Part shown: piece after piece, positions 1-9,510 of the stretch
Layout of the letters: each line of letters starts with the position of its first letter
Position numbering within the stretch: the first letter of the stretch is position 1
From: Gammaproteobacteria bacterium
GTDB taxonomy: Bacteria > Pseudomonadota > Gammaproteobacteria > JAADGQ01
Assembly: GCA_021648145.1 (NCBI GenBank)
Contig: JAKITI010000007.1
Span: 1,018 to 65,017, forward strand
Length of the DNA: 64,000 nucleotides
Direction: 5' to 3'
Notes under the pieces: generated by a model
The model's input: only the letters and a program-made list of their open reading frames with translations
The model's database searches: none
What the model was told of the DNA's origin: nothing
Position numbers and translations under genes: made by a program

Positions 1-624
1 ATTAGACTTTGTGATTACCCCTGAATTTTCACTAAAGTTAAAAAGGGTTTTGTCTTGTGATGTTGAGCCTGCTTGTTTGAAGGCTCGTGCGATACCGAAG
101 TCGAGCAGTTTGATTATGCCGTCGTGCGTGATAAAAATATTGCCAGGTTTTATGTCTGAGTGCACAATGTGTTGTTTATGTGCATAGGTTAGTCCTTCTC
201 CTATGCCATTAATAATGGAGAGTACCTTTTCTACAGGAAGTCCTTTAGGTGTGATGGTTTTGTTGAACTTTGCAAGAGATTGGCCTTCCAGATACTCCAT
301 AGTCATAAATACAGTGTCACCATCCCGATCAAAGTCGTAAACAGTTACAATGTTGGGGTGTGCTAGTTTTTGCGCTTTTTTGGACTCTCTTTGCAGTGAA
401 ATCAGAGCATCAGGATGTTGCTTGAAATTTTCCGTGAGCACTTTAATTGCAACATAAGGCTCTCTATCCTGTGCTTCTTCTTTACGTAAATCCCGTGCTT
501 TGTAAACAACACCCATGCCACCGCTGGCAATTGTTTGTTCTAGAACAAAGCGATTCTGAAGTGTTGTGCCTACTCCAATCTTTTTTTCCAAGTTTTTAGA
601 GTTTGGTGGCGAATTATGAATCAT
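1..624 (-). CDS. Ser/Thr protein kinase, N-terminal part (3' end cut by window start)
   Basis: Reverse-strand translation from the ATG at 622-624 gives MIHNSPPNS...GGMGVVYKA...VAIK...HSDIKPGNIF. These are the glycine loop, VAIK lysine and HxDxKPxN catalytic loop of Hanks-type kinases. Confidence 0.75.
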   Translation of the reverse strand, partial: MIHNSPPNSKNLEKKIGVGTTLQNRFVLEQTIASGGMGVVYKARDLRKEEAQDREPYVAIKVLTENFKQHPDALISLQRESKKAQKLAHPNIVTVYDFDRDGDTVFMTMEYLEGQSLAKFNKTITPKGLPVEKVLSIINGIGEGLTYAHKQHIVHSDIKPGNIFITHDGIIKLLDFGIARAFKQAGSTSQDKTLFNFSENSGVITKSN

Positions 625-625
625 A

Positions 626-1360
626 TTACTCTTGAATCTTTATGGTTATCGCTGTGATGTTATCCTTTGCTCCTCGCTTAAGCGCTAAATCAATAAGTGC
701 TTGAGCGGCATCTTCGCAATTTTTTTCAGTTAAAATTGCGTGGAATTCGCTGTTGCTAATATCCCTATAAAGCCCATCACTACACAATAAAATTGCATCT
801 CCGAGAGTAAGGTTGAATGTGATGGAGTCAAGCTTTAGTGGTGTTTCTGCACCAACGGCACGTGTAATTACATTTGTTACAGGGCTTTTTTCAGCATCTT
901 CACGGCGCAATATCCCTTGCTCAATTTGTTGCTCAACCAGGCTATGATCTTTGGTGAGCTGCTGAATCTCTCCATTTCGACATAAGTAAGCTCTGCTATC
1001 GCCCGCCCATAAGCAGCCAGCTTGCTTGCCATGAGCAAGCAGCGCAACAATAGTGCTGCCAATAACGTTGTCGTTGCCTTGTTTTGCTGACTCTTGAATG
1101 AGGTAACTATTGACTAGCTGAAGGCGGCTATCAGCGTGGTTCATGAACTCTTCCAGGCTGCTTGATTTGTTGAGTACGCCCATGTTTTTTACAATGGTGT
1201 AACTGGCAAAATCCCCTGCATTATGCCCACCCATTCCATCAGCGACCACCCAAATACCCATGTCAGGCCTGTTCAAACAGGCATCTTCATTAATTTTTCG
1301 AACATTGCCAATATGGGTCAGTGCGGCTGAAGACCAATGTAAAGTGGGTGAAGGATTCAT
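626..1360 (-). CDS. PP2C-family Ser/Thr protein phosphatase
   Basis: The ORF contains ADGMGGHNAGDFAS and the DGxxD metal-binding motifs of PPM/PP2C. The start is placed at an internal Met (MNPSPTLHW) to avoid overlapping apbE. The stop abuts the kinase start. Confidence 0.8.
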   Translation of the reverse strand: MNPSPTLHWSSAALTHIGNVRKINEDACLNRPDMGIWVVADGMGGHNAGDFASYTIVKNMGVLNKSSSLEEFMNHADSRLQLVNSYLIQESAKQGNDNVIGSTIVALLAHGKQAGCLWAGDSRAYLCRNGEIQQLTKDHSLVEQQIEQGILRREDAEKSPVTNVITRAVGAETPLKLDSITFNLTLGDAILLCSDGLYRDISNSEFHAILTEKNCEDAAQALIDLALKRGAKDNITAITIKIQE

Positions 1361-1376
1361 AATAAAGTGTCCTAGG

Positions 1377-2357
1377 TCAGTGTGAATTTTTCTGTAGCCC
1401 TTTCGAATAATACATGATTCCCGCCTTATCAATAATAATCGCTTCAACTTCAGGAGTTGATTCGATAAGTTTCATGCCTTTTATTTGTCCCAAAACAAAT
1501 ATGCTTGTCGATAGTGCGTCGGTCGTAGTGGTGTTTGTGCCGATAACTGTAACGCTACGGGTTGAGCGGATGGATTCTCCTGTCTTAGGGCTGATAATGT
1601 GATGGTAGCGGATACCGTCACTTTCAAAATATCGCTCATAATCTCCAGAAGTCGAAATTGCAGCATCTGTCATAGGCAGAGCTGCGACAAGCTCTTGTTT
1701 GTTGCGAGGGTCACGGATACCGACCATCCAGGGTCGCCCTCGCTTATCACCGAGTATACGGCTATCACCGCCAGCCGTGACTATAGCTGAAGTAATACCT
1801 CTATCTGATAGCAGTGTAATGGCACGATCCACAGCATAACCTTTGGCTATGCCGCCCAAATCAATTTGTACATATTTTTGGTTGAAGTAAATTGTTTTTT
1901 TTGCTGGGTCGATTTTAATGTGACGATAATTAATTGCAGGTAGTTTGTTAGATAGTCTGGATGGTTCAGGTTTAATTTTGTTGCGGTAGTCATATAAGTT
2001 ACCGACACTGGCAAATGTGATATCAAATGCACCTTGTGTACGTTCAGAGAACTGTAGCGAACGTTGTATAAGGTTCATCATTTCGTCGCTGATGACAACG
2101 GTTTGCCTGCCCGCCAGGTTGTTAATCTTTGACAGTTCACTATCAGGTTTATAAGGACTCATTAAGCGGTCGATGCGATGCATCTCATCAATCACCGCCT
2201 GAATAGCTTGGTGAGCTTGCTCTTTTTGGTCATGCCACAATTCTACTTGAACCACTGTGCCCATAATGGACTCTTCTCGGCTGAGCCACTCGGCACTTGT
2301 TAGCTGTGGCCATGCCAATATCAAAGTGAGAAAAATGAATTTTTGTCGTTTCAGCAT
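1377..2357 (-). CDS. apbE: FAD:protein FMN transferase (ApbE family lipoprotein)
   Basis: 326 aa with a signal peptide, MGTVVQVEL, and DLGGIAKGYAVD, typical of ApbE flavin transferases. Confidence 0.85.
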   Translation of the reverse strand: MLKRQKFIFLTLILAWPQLTSAEWLSREESIMGTVVQVELWHDQKEQAHQAIQAVIDEMHRIDRLMSPYKPDSELSKINNLAGRQTVVISDEMMNLIQRSLQFSERTQGAFDITFASVGNLYDYRNKIKPEPSRLSNKLPAINYRHIKIDPAKKTIYFNQKYVQIDLGGIAKGYAVDRAITLLSDRGITSAIVTAGGDSRILGDKRGRPWMVGIRDPRNKQELVAALPMTDAAISTSGDYERYFESDGIRYHHIISPKTGESIRSTRSVTVIGTNTTTTDALSTSIFVLGQIKGMKLIESTPEVEAIIIDKAGIMYYSKGLQKNSH

Positions 2358-2392
2358 ATTATTTCACTTGTAACCAAAAAGTCACAGGCTGA

Positions 2393-3034
<642 letters not shown>

Positions 3035-3486
3035 TTAGAGCAATAAAAATCTAATTGTACCTGAGCAGGGAAGTTCACGAAACGGGGTGGATGAAAACAA
3101 GACCTAAATCCTGGTTCCCACATAGAGATTTCGATATATTTAATTTAACAATACCAGTAAGAACAATAAAAACTCGAAACGGTTTGTCAGGTAAAGCCTG
3201 ATGAAGAAATATATGATAATCAGGTTAGATTAGGACGCTACACTGGCGTAGAAAATTTATTTTTTAATATTTTGTCAGTCAGACCGATAAAAAATCATCG
3301 GCTTCAGGTACTTTGTATAAAGTACTTCTGTATGATTGGAAGCTACGCTGATCAAAACTCCGTGAGATTACGTATAGCCATACAATAAGAAGGGAGGGTA
3401 GAATATAAGTCTAGCTGGCATCACTTTTGCACGTTTAACTTATGTTCTACTATTTATATAATTGTTATAAAATTTTTGGTACTCTA

Positions 3487-3726
3487 ATGACTTCTTCGAC
3501 GATAAGAAAAATACTGGATACACATGGCAGGCTCACTAAGCCTGCAGATGAATTGCAAGACCATAGTGATTTATATCATGCAGGTTTAACCTCATTAGCT
3601 ACGGTGAGTTTGATGTTAGCTATAGAAGAGGAGTTTGATATAGAATTTCCAGACTCAATGCTGGGTCGAAAAACCTTTGGTAGTATTGAAGCGATTGTTG
3701 ATGCTGTCGATGAACTACAGGAATAA
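3487..3726 (+). CDS. acyl/peptidyl carrier protein (phosphopantetheine-binding)
   Basis: About 80 aa with a DxxxLGLTSLAxV-like helix II (HAGLTSLATVSLMLAIEEEF) carrying the Ser for 4'-phosphopantetheine. The start is taken at internal ATG 3487 (MTSSTIRK). Confidence 0.7.
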   Translation: MTSSTIRKILDTHGRLTKPADELQDHSDLYHAGLTSLATVSLMLAIEEEFDIEFPDSMLGRKTFGSIEAIVDAVDELQE

Positions 3727-3832
3727 ATGCCCCTGCACCATTTGAAAGCACTTAGCGGATTTTTCAAACAAACCGCCTGATTTCGCTACTCTCCGAGGGT
3801 AGAAAATCTTTATAATTGTAAAGGGATAAAAA

Positions 3833-5020
3833 ATGTTCAATCATGAATCACTGAACTCTATGAAATTTAAGAAGTTAGTTTTAGAGGTTAAGCGAATTGG
3901 TAAAGATGTTATTGCGCCAAATGCTCATGATGTCGATGAAAAGGCTCGATTTCCTAAAGAAAGCTTTGATGCGCTGAAAGATTTAAGACTGCTGAGTGCT
4001 TATCTACCTGAAAGTATGGGTGGAATGGGGCTCGACATTGTACAAATTACTAAAATTTGTGAAGTATTGGGTCATTATTGTGGTTCGACCGCAATGATTT
4101 ACGCAATGCATAAAATCCAGGTCGCTTGTATTCTTCATAATTCGGGTGGGTCAGATTACTTCAAATCCTACTTAAAAAAATTATCAAGTGAACAAAGGCT
4201 TATTGCCTCAGCCACCACTGAAACAGGAGTGGGTGGGGATTTACGTTCGAGTATTTGTGCAGTTGAAAGCAGCGGGTCATCTTTCAAGTTAGTTAAAAAA
4301 GCCCCAGTAATATCGTACGGAATTGATGCCGATGACTTGATTATTACGGCACGTCGTAATCCTCAAGCGGCAAAAAGTGATCAAGTTCATGTTTTATTGA
4401 ATAAAGGGCAATATGAGCTGGAACAAATTTCAGGTTGGGATACTTTAGGGTTTCGTGGCACTTGCAGTTCTGGTTTTACTGTGACGGCAAAAGGTGAAAA
4501 TGAACAAATTTTACCGACCCCATTTGCGGATATTCTGAGCCAGACGATGCACCCTTTTGCACACATTACGTGGAGTGCATTATGGGTGGGAATTGCAGGC
4601 GATGCTGTTAATCTGGCACAGCAGTTTGTTAAACGTGAGGCTAAGCGAAATTTGGATATGCCACCTATATCAGCCATTCGACTGGGGGAGGTTGAGTGTG
4701 TATTGCAGACAATGCGAAATAATGTCGATGTGGCGGCAACTAACTACCTTAAAATGTTAAATGAGGGGGATGCCGAAGCCTTTACTAATTTTGGGTTTGG
4801 AATTCGTACAAATAATCTAAAAGTGGCGAGCTCTCAGTTAGTTGTTGATATTGTTGGCAAGGCTATGTTTATTTGCGGAATTTCAAGTTATCGCAATGAT
4901 TCAAAAACCAGTTTATGTCGTCAGTTGCGTGATGCTTATGGGGCTGCGCTGATGGTGAATAATGATCGTATTTTACTGCATAACTCGACGTTGCTTCTGA
5001 TGCATAAAGGAGATGAATAA
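3833..5020 (+). CDS. acyl-CoA dehydrogenase family protein (likely acts on an acyl/aminoacyl-S-carrier protein)
   Basis: 395 aa with an acyl-CoA dehydrogenase N-terminal/middle domain pattern (GGMGLDIVQITKICEVLGHYCGSTAMIYAMH...). It lies between the carrier protein gene and the synthetase-like ligase gene. Confidence 0.7.
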   Translation: MFNHESLNSMKFKKLVLEVKRIGKDVIAPNAHDVDEKARFPKESFDALKDLRLLSAYLPESMGGMGLDIVQITKICEVLGHYCGSTAMIYAMHKIQVACILHNSGGSDYFKSYLKKLSSEQRLIASATTETGVGGDLRSSICAVESSGSSFKLVKKAPVISYGIDADDLIITARRNPQAAKSDQVHVLLNKGQYELEQISGWDTLGFRGTCSSGFTVTAKGENEQILPTPFADILSQTMHPFAHITWSALWVGIAGDAVNLAQQFVKREAKRNLDMPPISAIRLGEVECVLQTMRNNVDVAATNYLKMLNEGDAEAFTNFGFGIRTNNLKVASSQLVVDIVGKAMFICGISSYRNDSKTSLCRQLRDAYGAALMVNNDRILLHNSTLLLMHKGDE

Positions 5021-5950
5021 GTGTGTTTGTCTCATGATTCTCTGGATGAAGCTTATAATTTTTATCGGCAACAATTATTAGAGGCTGGGTTATTACTTTC
5101 GTCGGGTGTGCCTGGTGTGTACGGCCTGAGTGGCGATTTTGAGGCTGTTGTTGAAGCTTTTGAAGGTTATGTTACCCGCATGGGTCACCATTTGGAGCCG
5201 GAGGTCGTACGCTTCCCTCCAATAATCAGTAGAAATACCTATCTATCTACTGATCATATTAAAACATTCCCTGACTTGATGGGGTCGGTTCACTCTTTCA
5301 AGGGAACCGAAAAGGATCATCTCAGGTTGGTACAAAAGCAGGAAGATGCAGAGAACTGGGCAGAAGAGTTAGACCCCACAGAGGTGATGATGGTGCCCGC
5401 TGCGTGTTACCCATTGTACCCAACCGCTGCAAATACTATATTGCCTGAAGAGGGTCGACTGGTTGACCTTAGAGCTTTTGTTTTTCGGCATGAGCCGTCA
5501 CCAGACCCTGCTCGTATGCAAATTTTTCGACAGAGAGAGTATGTTCGTCTTGGCACGCCTGAGCAGGCACATGCTCATCGGGATTATTGGTTGAAACGTG
5601 GAGAAGAGATGTTATGTGCACTCGGGTTGGATGTGAAGCCTGTTGTTGCAAATGACCCATTCTTTGGTCGAGGAGGACGAGTGATGGCTGCAACGCAAAA
5701 AGAGCAAGAGCTTAAGTATGAGCTTGTAGCGCCCATCGCATCGACAGAAAAATTAACCGCTATTGCATCCTGTAATTACCACCTTGATCATTTTGGTCAA
5801 GAGTTTAGTATTAAAACACCTGATGGAGCGTTTGCTCATACTGCATGTGTTGGCTTTGGCCTGGAGCGTATTACGCTTGCAATGTTCAAAAAACACGGTT
5901 TTGATGCTGAAAAATGGCCCCTTGAGGTTCGGGGGCTATTGGAAATGTAA
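5021..5950 (+). CDS. amino acid--[acyl-carrier-protein] ligase (truncated class II seryl-tRNA synthetase-like, no tRNA-binding domain)
   Basis: 309 aa. It has class II aaRS motif 2-like FRQREYVRLG and motif 3-like GFGLERITLAMF, the size of a bare SerRS catalytic core. A GTG start directly follows the ACAD stop. Its stop overlaps the next ATG (taATG). Confidence 0.7.
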   Translation: MCLSHDSLDEAYNFYRQQLLEAGLLLSSGVPGVYGLSGDFEAVVEAFEGYVTRMGHHLEPEVVRFPPIISRNTYLSTDHIKTFPDLMGSVHSFKGTEKDHLRLVQKQEDAENWAEELDPTEVMMVPAACYPLYPTAANTILPEEGRLVDLRAFVFRHEPSPDPARMQIFRQREYVRLGTPEQAHAHRDYWLKRGEEMLCALGLDVKPVVANDPFFGRGGRVMAATQKEQELKYELVAPIASTEKLTAIASCNYHLDHFGQEFSIKTPDGAFAHTACVGFGLERITLAMFKKHGFDAEKWPLEVRGLLEM

Positions 5951-6921
5951 TGCATCAGATAATTTCTCTAACCCCAGAAACTTACTGTCGTCATCGTATT
6001 CATGTTCAGGAAAGAGACTGGGCTGAAACCAACTGTTATGTTGATATCTGGATTGAATTATTGCATGCATTAGAATATGAACCGATTGCTGCGATGCCTT
6101 ATACCCTGGCGATTGATTTTGAAGGCGATCAATGGACTTTCTTTAAGTTTCCTTTGGCTGATTTATATGATCTCTATGGAATAGATGTTCAGGAGCTTGC
6201 GATCTGGCAGCCTCTGGTTCAACATATTGAACAACAAGTGGCTCTAGGAAAACCCGTATTGGTTGAGCTGGACTCTTATTATTTGCCCGATACAGCCGGA
6301 ACGGCTTATAAGATAGCGCATGTTAAATCGACAGTCGCCATTATTAAAATTGATGTGGAAAAACAACATATTGGTTATTTTCATGGCCAAGGATACTACT
6401 ATTTGTCGGGCGATGATTTTATTGATGTATTTCGCTTGCGTGGTGAGCAGGATCCCGCCGTGTTATCGCCTTACGTAGAAATTGCAAAGCAGCGGCGCGT
6501 CAATAAACTGGATGCTTCCCAGACGCTTGATGTTTCTCTGAAACTATTAAAAAAACAGTTAAGACTATTACCAGAGAGCAATCCTTTTTTTAGTTTCAAG
6601 AAAAGGTTTGAAGAAGATTTGAAATGGTTGATGCATGAAAATATTGATACATTCCATCAATATTCATTTACGACATTCAGGCAGTTTGGTGCTTGTTATG
6701 AATTAGCGGCTACTTATTTGGAGTGGCTATCCCAGCAAGGTGTCACTGGCTTGGTGGAGGCTAGGGAAAATATTAAGTCTATCTCTGAAACATCCAAGTT
6801 TTATCAATTTCAGTTGGCACGTGCAATGAGCCGTAAGAAACCGCTTAATCTTGCTCCAGTTGATGCGATGGCTGAACACTGGGACTTAGCAATGGATCAG
6901 CTAACCACTAAATTTTTATAG
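5950..6921 (+). CDS. hypothetical protein co-transcribed with the aa:CP ligase (possible acyl/aminoacyl transferase)
   Basis: 323-aa ORF whose ATG overlaps the ligase stop codon (translational coupling). No catalytic motif is recognised with confidence. Confidence 0.55.
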   Translation: MHQIISLTPETYCRHRIHVQERDWAETNCYVDIWIELLHALEYEPIAAMPYTLAIDFEGDQWTFFKFPLADLYDLYGIDVQELAIWQPLVQHIEQQVALGKPVLVELDSYYLPDTAGTAYKIAHVKSTVAIIKIDVEKQHIGYFHGQGYYYLSGDDFIDVFRLRGEQDPAVLSPYVEIAKQRRVNKLDASQTLDVSLKLLKKQLRLLPESNPFFSFKKRFEEDLKWLMHENIDTFHQYSFTTFRQFGACYELAATYLEWLSQQGVTGLVEARENIKSISETSKFYQFQLARAMSRKKPLNLAPVDAMAEHWDLAMDQLTTKFL

Positions 6922-6946
6922 GCTATGATGTAGAGAGTTAAATGGA

Positions 6947-9439
6947 ATGATTCAACTTGTCGATGACTGGTTTCTCACTCAATCTGAACCCGACATGTGT
7001 TTGGTACCTTCTGATCTAATAAACCAAAAACTCAATTGGCTGACGGCTTGTGTGCCTGGAACCGTTGCGCAGTCCTTGGCTGGAGCATGTCAATGGTCAC
7101 TTGATGATCGGGTTGATTTTGATGATTACGATTTTTGGTATAGGAAAAAATTTGATATAGCAGGTTTATCAGAACAGTTGCCTGTTTATTTAAACTTTTC
7201 TGGATTGGCAACGATTTGTGAAGTTTGGCTCAATGGGCAACGGATTTTAGAATCCAATAATATGTTTCTAAGTTATCAAGTTGATATTGCAAAATATATT
7301 CAGCCCAAGAACGAACTGTACATATGTTTTCGCTCATTAAATAAGGCTCTGTCTCAGCGCCGCCCTCGTCCGCGTTGGAAGACAAAGCTGGTCGAGCGGC
7401 AACAGTTGCGTTGGTTTCGTACCACTTTGCTTGGCAGAATTCCTGGTTGGACACCGCCAATTGCTCCTGTAGGGCCGTGGCAGACAATATCTTTAAGCGA
7501 ACACCTGGAGCCAATCAATATAGAGGTCACTCCATCAATTGAAGGGCGTGCGGGAGTTGTCAAATTCTCTTGTGATATTTATCATGACAGTGAAGGAAAA
7601 GTGGACGCTGTGCTCTCAGTCGGAGGTATTAATGTTCAGCTAACCATTGAGAAAAAAAGTGGTGGGAGTCGTCTATACGGAACACTTGAAATTGATGATG
7701 TTACGCTATGGTGGCCTCATACACATGGCAAACCTTCACTGTATCCGGCGCTACTGCGCATCAAAGTCGCAGAAAAAGAGAGATCACACGCACTCTCCTC
7801 TATCGGTTTTAAAGAGGTGCGCATTGATCGCTCCGAAAACGAGTTTTGTCTCACGGTAAACAATACAGACATCTTTTGCAGAGGGGCATGCTGGACTGTT
7901 AATGATATTATCTCCTTAACAGGTGATTTGGGCGCACTTGAGCATACGCTAACTCTAATGCGAGATGCAGGTGCAAACATGATTCGTGTGGGCGGTACGA
8001 TGGTTTATGAGCAAGATGCTTTTTATCAATTGTGTGACCGGCTCGGAATCATGGTTTGGCAGGATTTTATGTTTGCAAATATGGATTATCCTGTGGACGA
8101 CGACAACTTCAGGGAATCTATTCAAACTGAAGCGCATCAGCTTCTCGCACGTCTGCGTCAATATGTTTGCCTGGCAGTCTATTGTGGTAATAGTGAAATA
8201 GAGCAACAGGCCGCCATGCTGGGAATGCATTCTGACGCTTGGTCAAATGATTTCTTCTTGAAACAGTTGCCGGAACTTTGTAGTACACACCACCCTGGTA
8301 TTCCTTATGTTACTTCCACACCTTCAGGAGGGGCTTTGCCCTTTCATACTGACACAGGAGTGACTCACTATTATGGAGTAGGGGCATACCTGTGCTCAGT
8401 ATCTGAGGTGAGACAGCATAATGTAAAATTTACTTCGGAGTGTCTTGGATTTTCCAATATGCCTGTTGCCAAAACACGAAACTCAGTGTTGGCGGGGCAA
8501 ATTCCTGTGACCCATCATCCACGATGGAAGGAGAGGGTTCCCCGTGATTCAGGGACGGGATGGGATTTTGAAGATGTACGCGACCATTATTTGAAAGAGC
8601 TGTTTTCTGTTGATCCTGTGCAATTACGCAGTTTTGACAATGATAAGTACCTGGCATTGAGCGAAATAGTTTCTGGAGAAATGATGTCACAGGTGTTTGC
8701 CGAGTGGCGCAGTGATCATAGTGACTGCTCTGGAGGGTTGGTCTGGTTTCTAAAAGATCTTTTACCTGGTGCCGGATGGGGAATCATTGATAGCAATGGT
8801 TTACCTAAAGCTTGTTATTATTACTTGAAACGCTGCTGGCAGCCGATCTCTATATGTATGACCAATGAATCACTCAATGGCTTGCACCTGCATGTGATCA
8901 ATGACACGGCTCAAAATTTTACAGGTGAATTGGAGGTGACATTACTGAATGAGTCGAGTGTCACTATTGTTAATGTGAAGACGGAAGTGGTTGTAGATGC
9001 AAGATCAACGCGACTTATAGGGTTAGATCAGCTGCTTAATACATTTTACGATACAACATATTCTTATCATTTCGGTCCATCAAAACATAACGTTGTTTCA
9101 GTTCGCTTATCAAATAAAGAAGGGAGCGAACTGAATAGTGCATATTATTTTCCGAATGCAGAAGTTCCTCGTTTAGAGGAAAACTCTGGAATTATTGCTG
9201 AGTTGGTTGAGTCTGGTAAAGAGAGGTATCAGCTGAATTTGTCATGTGAAAAATTTCTTTATACGGTGAATGTTGATATACCCGGTTTTATTCCAGATGA
9301 TAACTATTTTCATTTGATGCCTGGCATTAAAAAGAGTGTCGAGGTCATTCGAGTGGGTGATGGTCAAAAACCTGCAAAAGGTTATGTGAGTGCTTTAAAC
9401 ATAAGTGAAGATGTTAGAGTTAAAGTTATTTTTCCCTGA
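6947..9439 (+). CDS. glycoside hydrolase family 2 protein (beta-mannosidase-like), cytoplasmic
   Basis: 830 aa. The GH2 sugar-binding region and TIM-barrel region (ANMIRVGGTMVYEQDAFYQLCDRLGIMVWQDFMFAN...YCGNSEIEQ with acid/base Glu) closely resemble beta-mannosidases. No signal peptide. Confidence 0.8.
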   Translation: MIQLVDDWFLTQSEPDMCLVPSDLINQKLNWLTACVPGTVAQSLAGACQWSLDDRVDFDDYDFWYRKKFDIAGLSEQLPVYLNFSGLATICEVWLNGQRILESNNMFLSYQVDIAKYIQPKNELYICFRSLNKALSQRRPRPRWKTKLVERQQLRWFRTTLLGRIPGWTPPIAPVGPWQTISLSEHLEPINIEVTPSIEGRAGVVKFSCDIYHDSEGKVDAVLSVGGINVQLTIEKKSGGSRLYGTLEIDDVTLWWPHTHGKPSLYPALLRIKVAEKERSHALSSIGFKEVRIDRSENEFCLTVNNTDIFCRGACWTVNDIISLTGDLGALEHTLTLMRDAGANMIRVGGTMVYEQDAFYQLCDRLGIMVWQDFMFANMDYPVDDDNFRESIQTEAHQLLARLRQYVCLAVYCGNSEIEQQAAMLGMHSDAWSNDFFLKQLPELCSTHHPGIPYVTSTPSGGALPFHTDTGVTHYYGVGAYLCSVSEVRQHNVKFTSECLGFSNMPVAKTRNSVLAGQIPVTHHPRWKERVPRDSGTGWDFEDVRDHYLKELFSVDPVQLRSFDNDKYLALSEIVSGEMMSQVFAEWRSDHSDCSGGLVWFLKDLLPGAGWGIIDSNGLPKACYYYLKRCWQPISICMTNESLNGLHLHVINDTAQNFTGELEVTLLNESSVTIVNVKTEVVVDARSTRLIGLDQLLNTFYDTTYSYHFGPSKHNVVSVRLSNKEGSELNSAYYFPNAEVPRLEENSGIIAELVESGKERYQLNLSCEKFLYTVNVDIPGFIPDDNYFHLMPGIKKSVEVIRVGDGQKPAKGYVSALNISEDVRVKVIFP

Positions 9440-9510
9440 TGTCGCCATAAATTGTAATTTAAATAGATAAATAAACAGTAAATAATGCAGGGAGAAAGCT
9501 TCAAAATATA

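Noticed and set aside
3442-3486. Upstream extension of the carrier protein ORF (MFYYLYNCYKIFGTL...)
   Set aside because: Carrier proteins are about 80 aa. The internal ATG at 3487 gives the canonical length, and the extension is AT-rich leader sequence.
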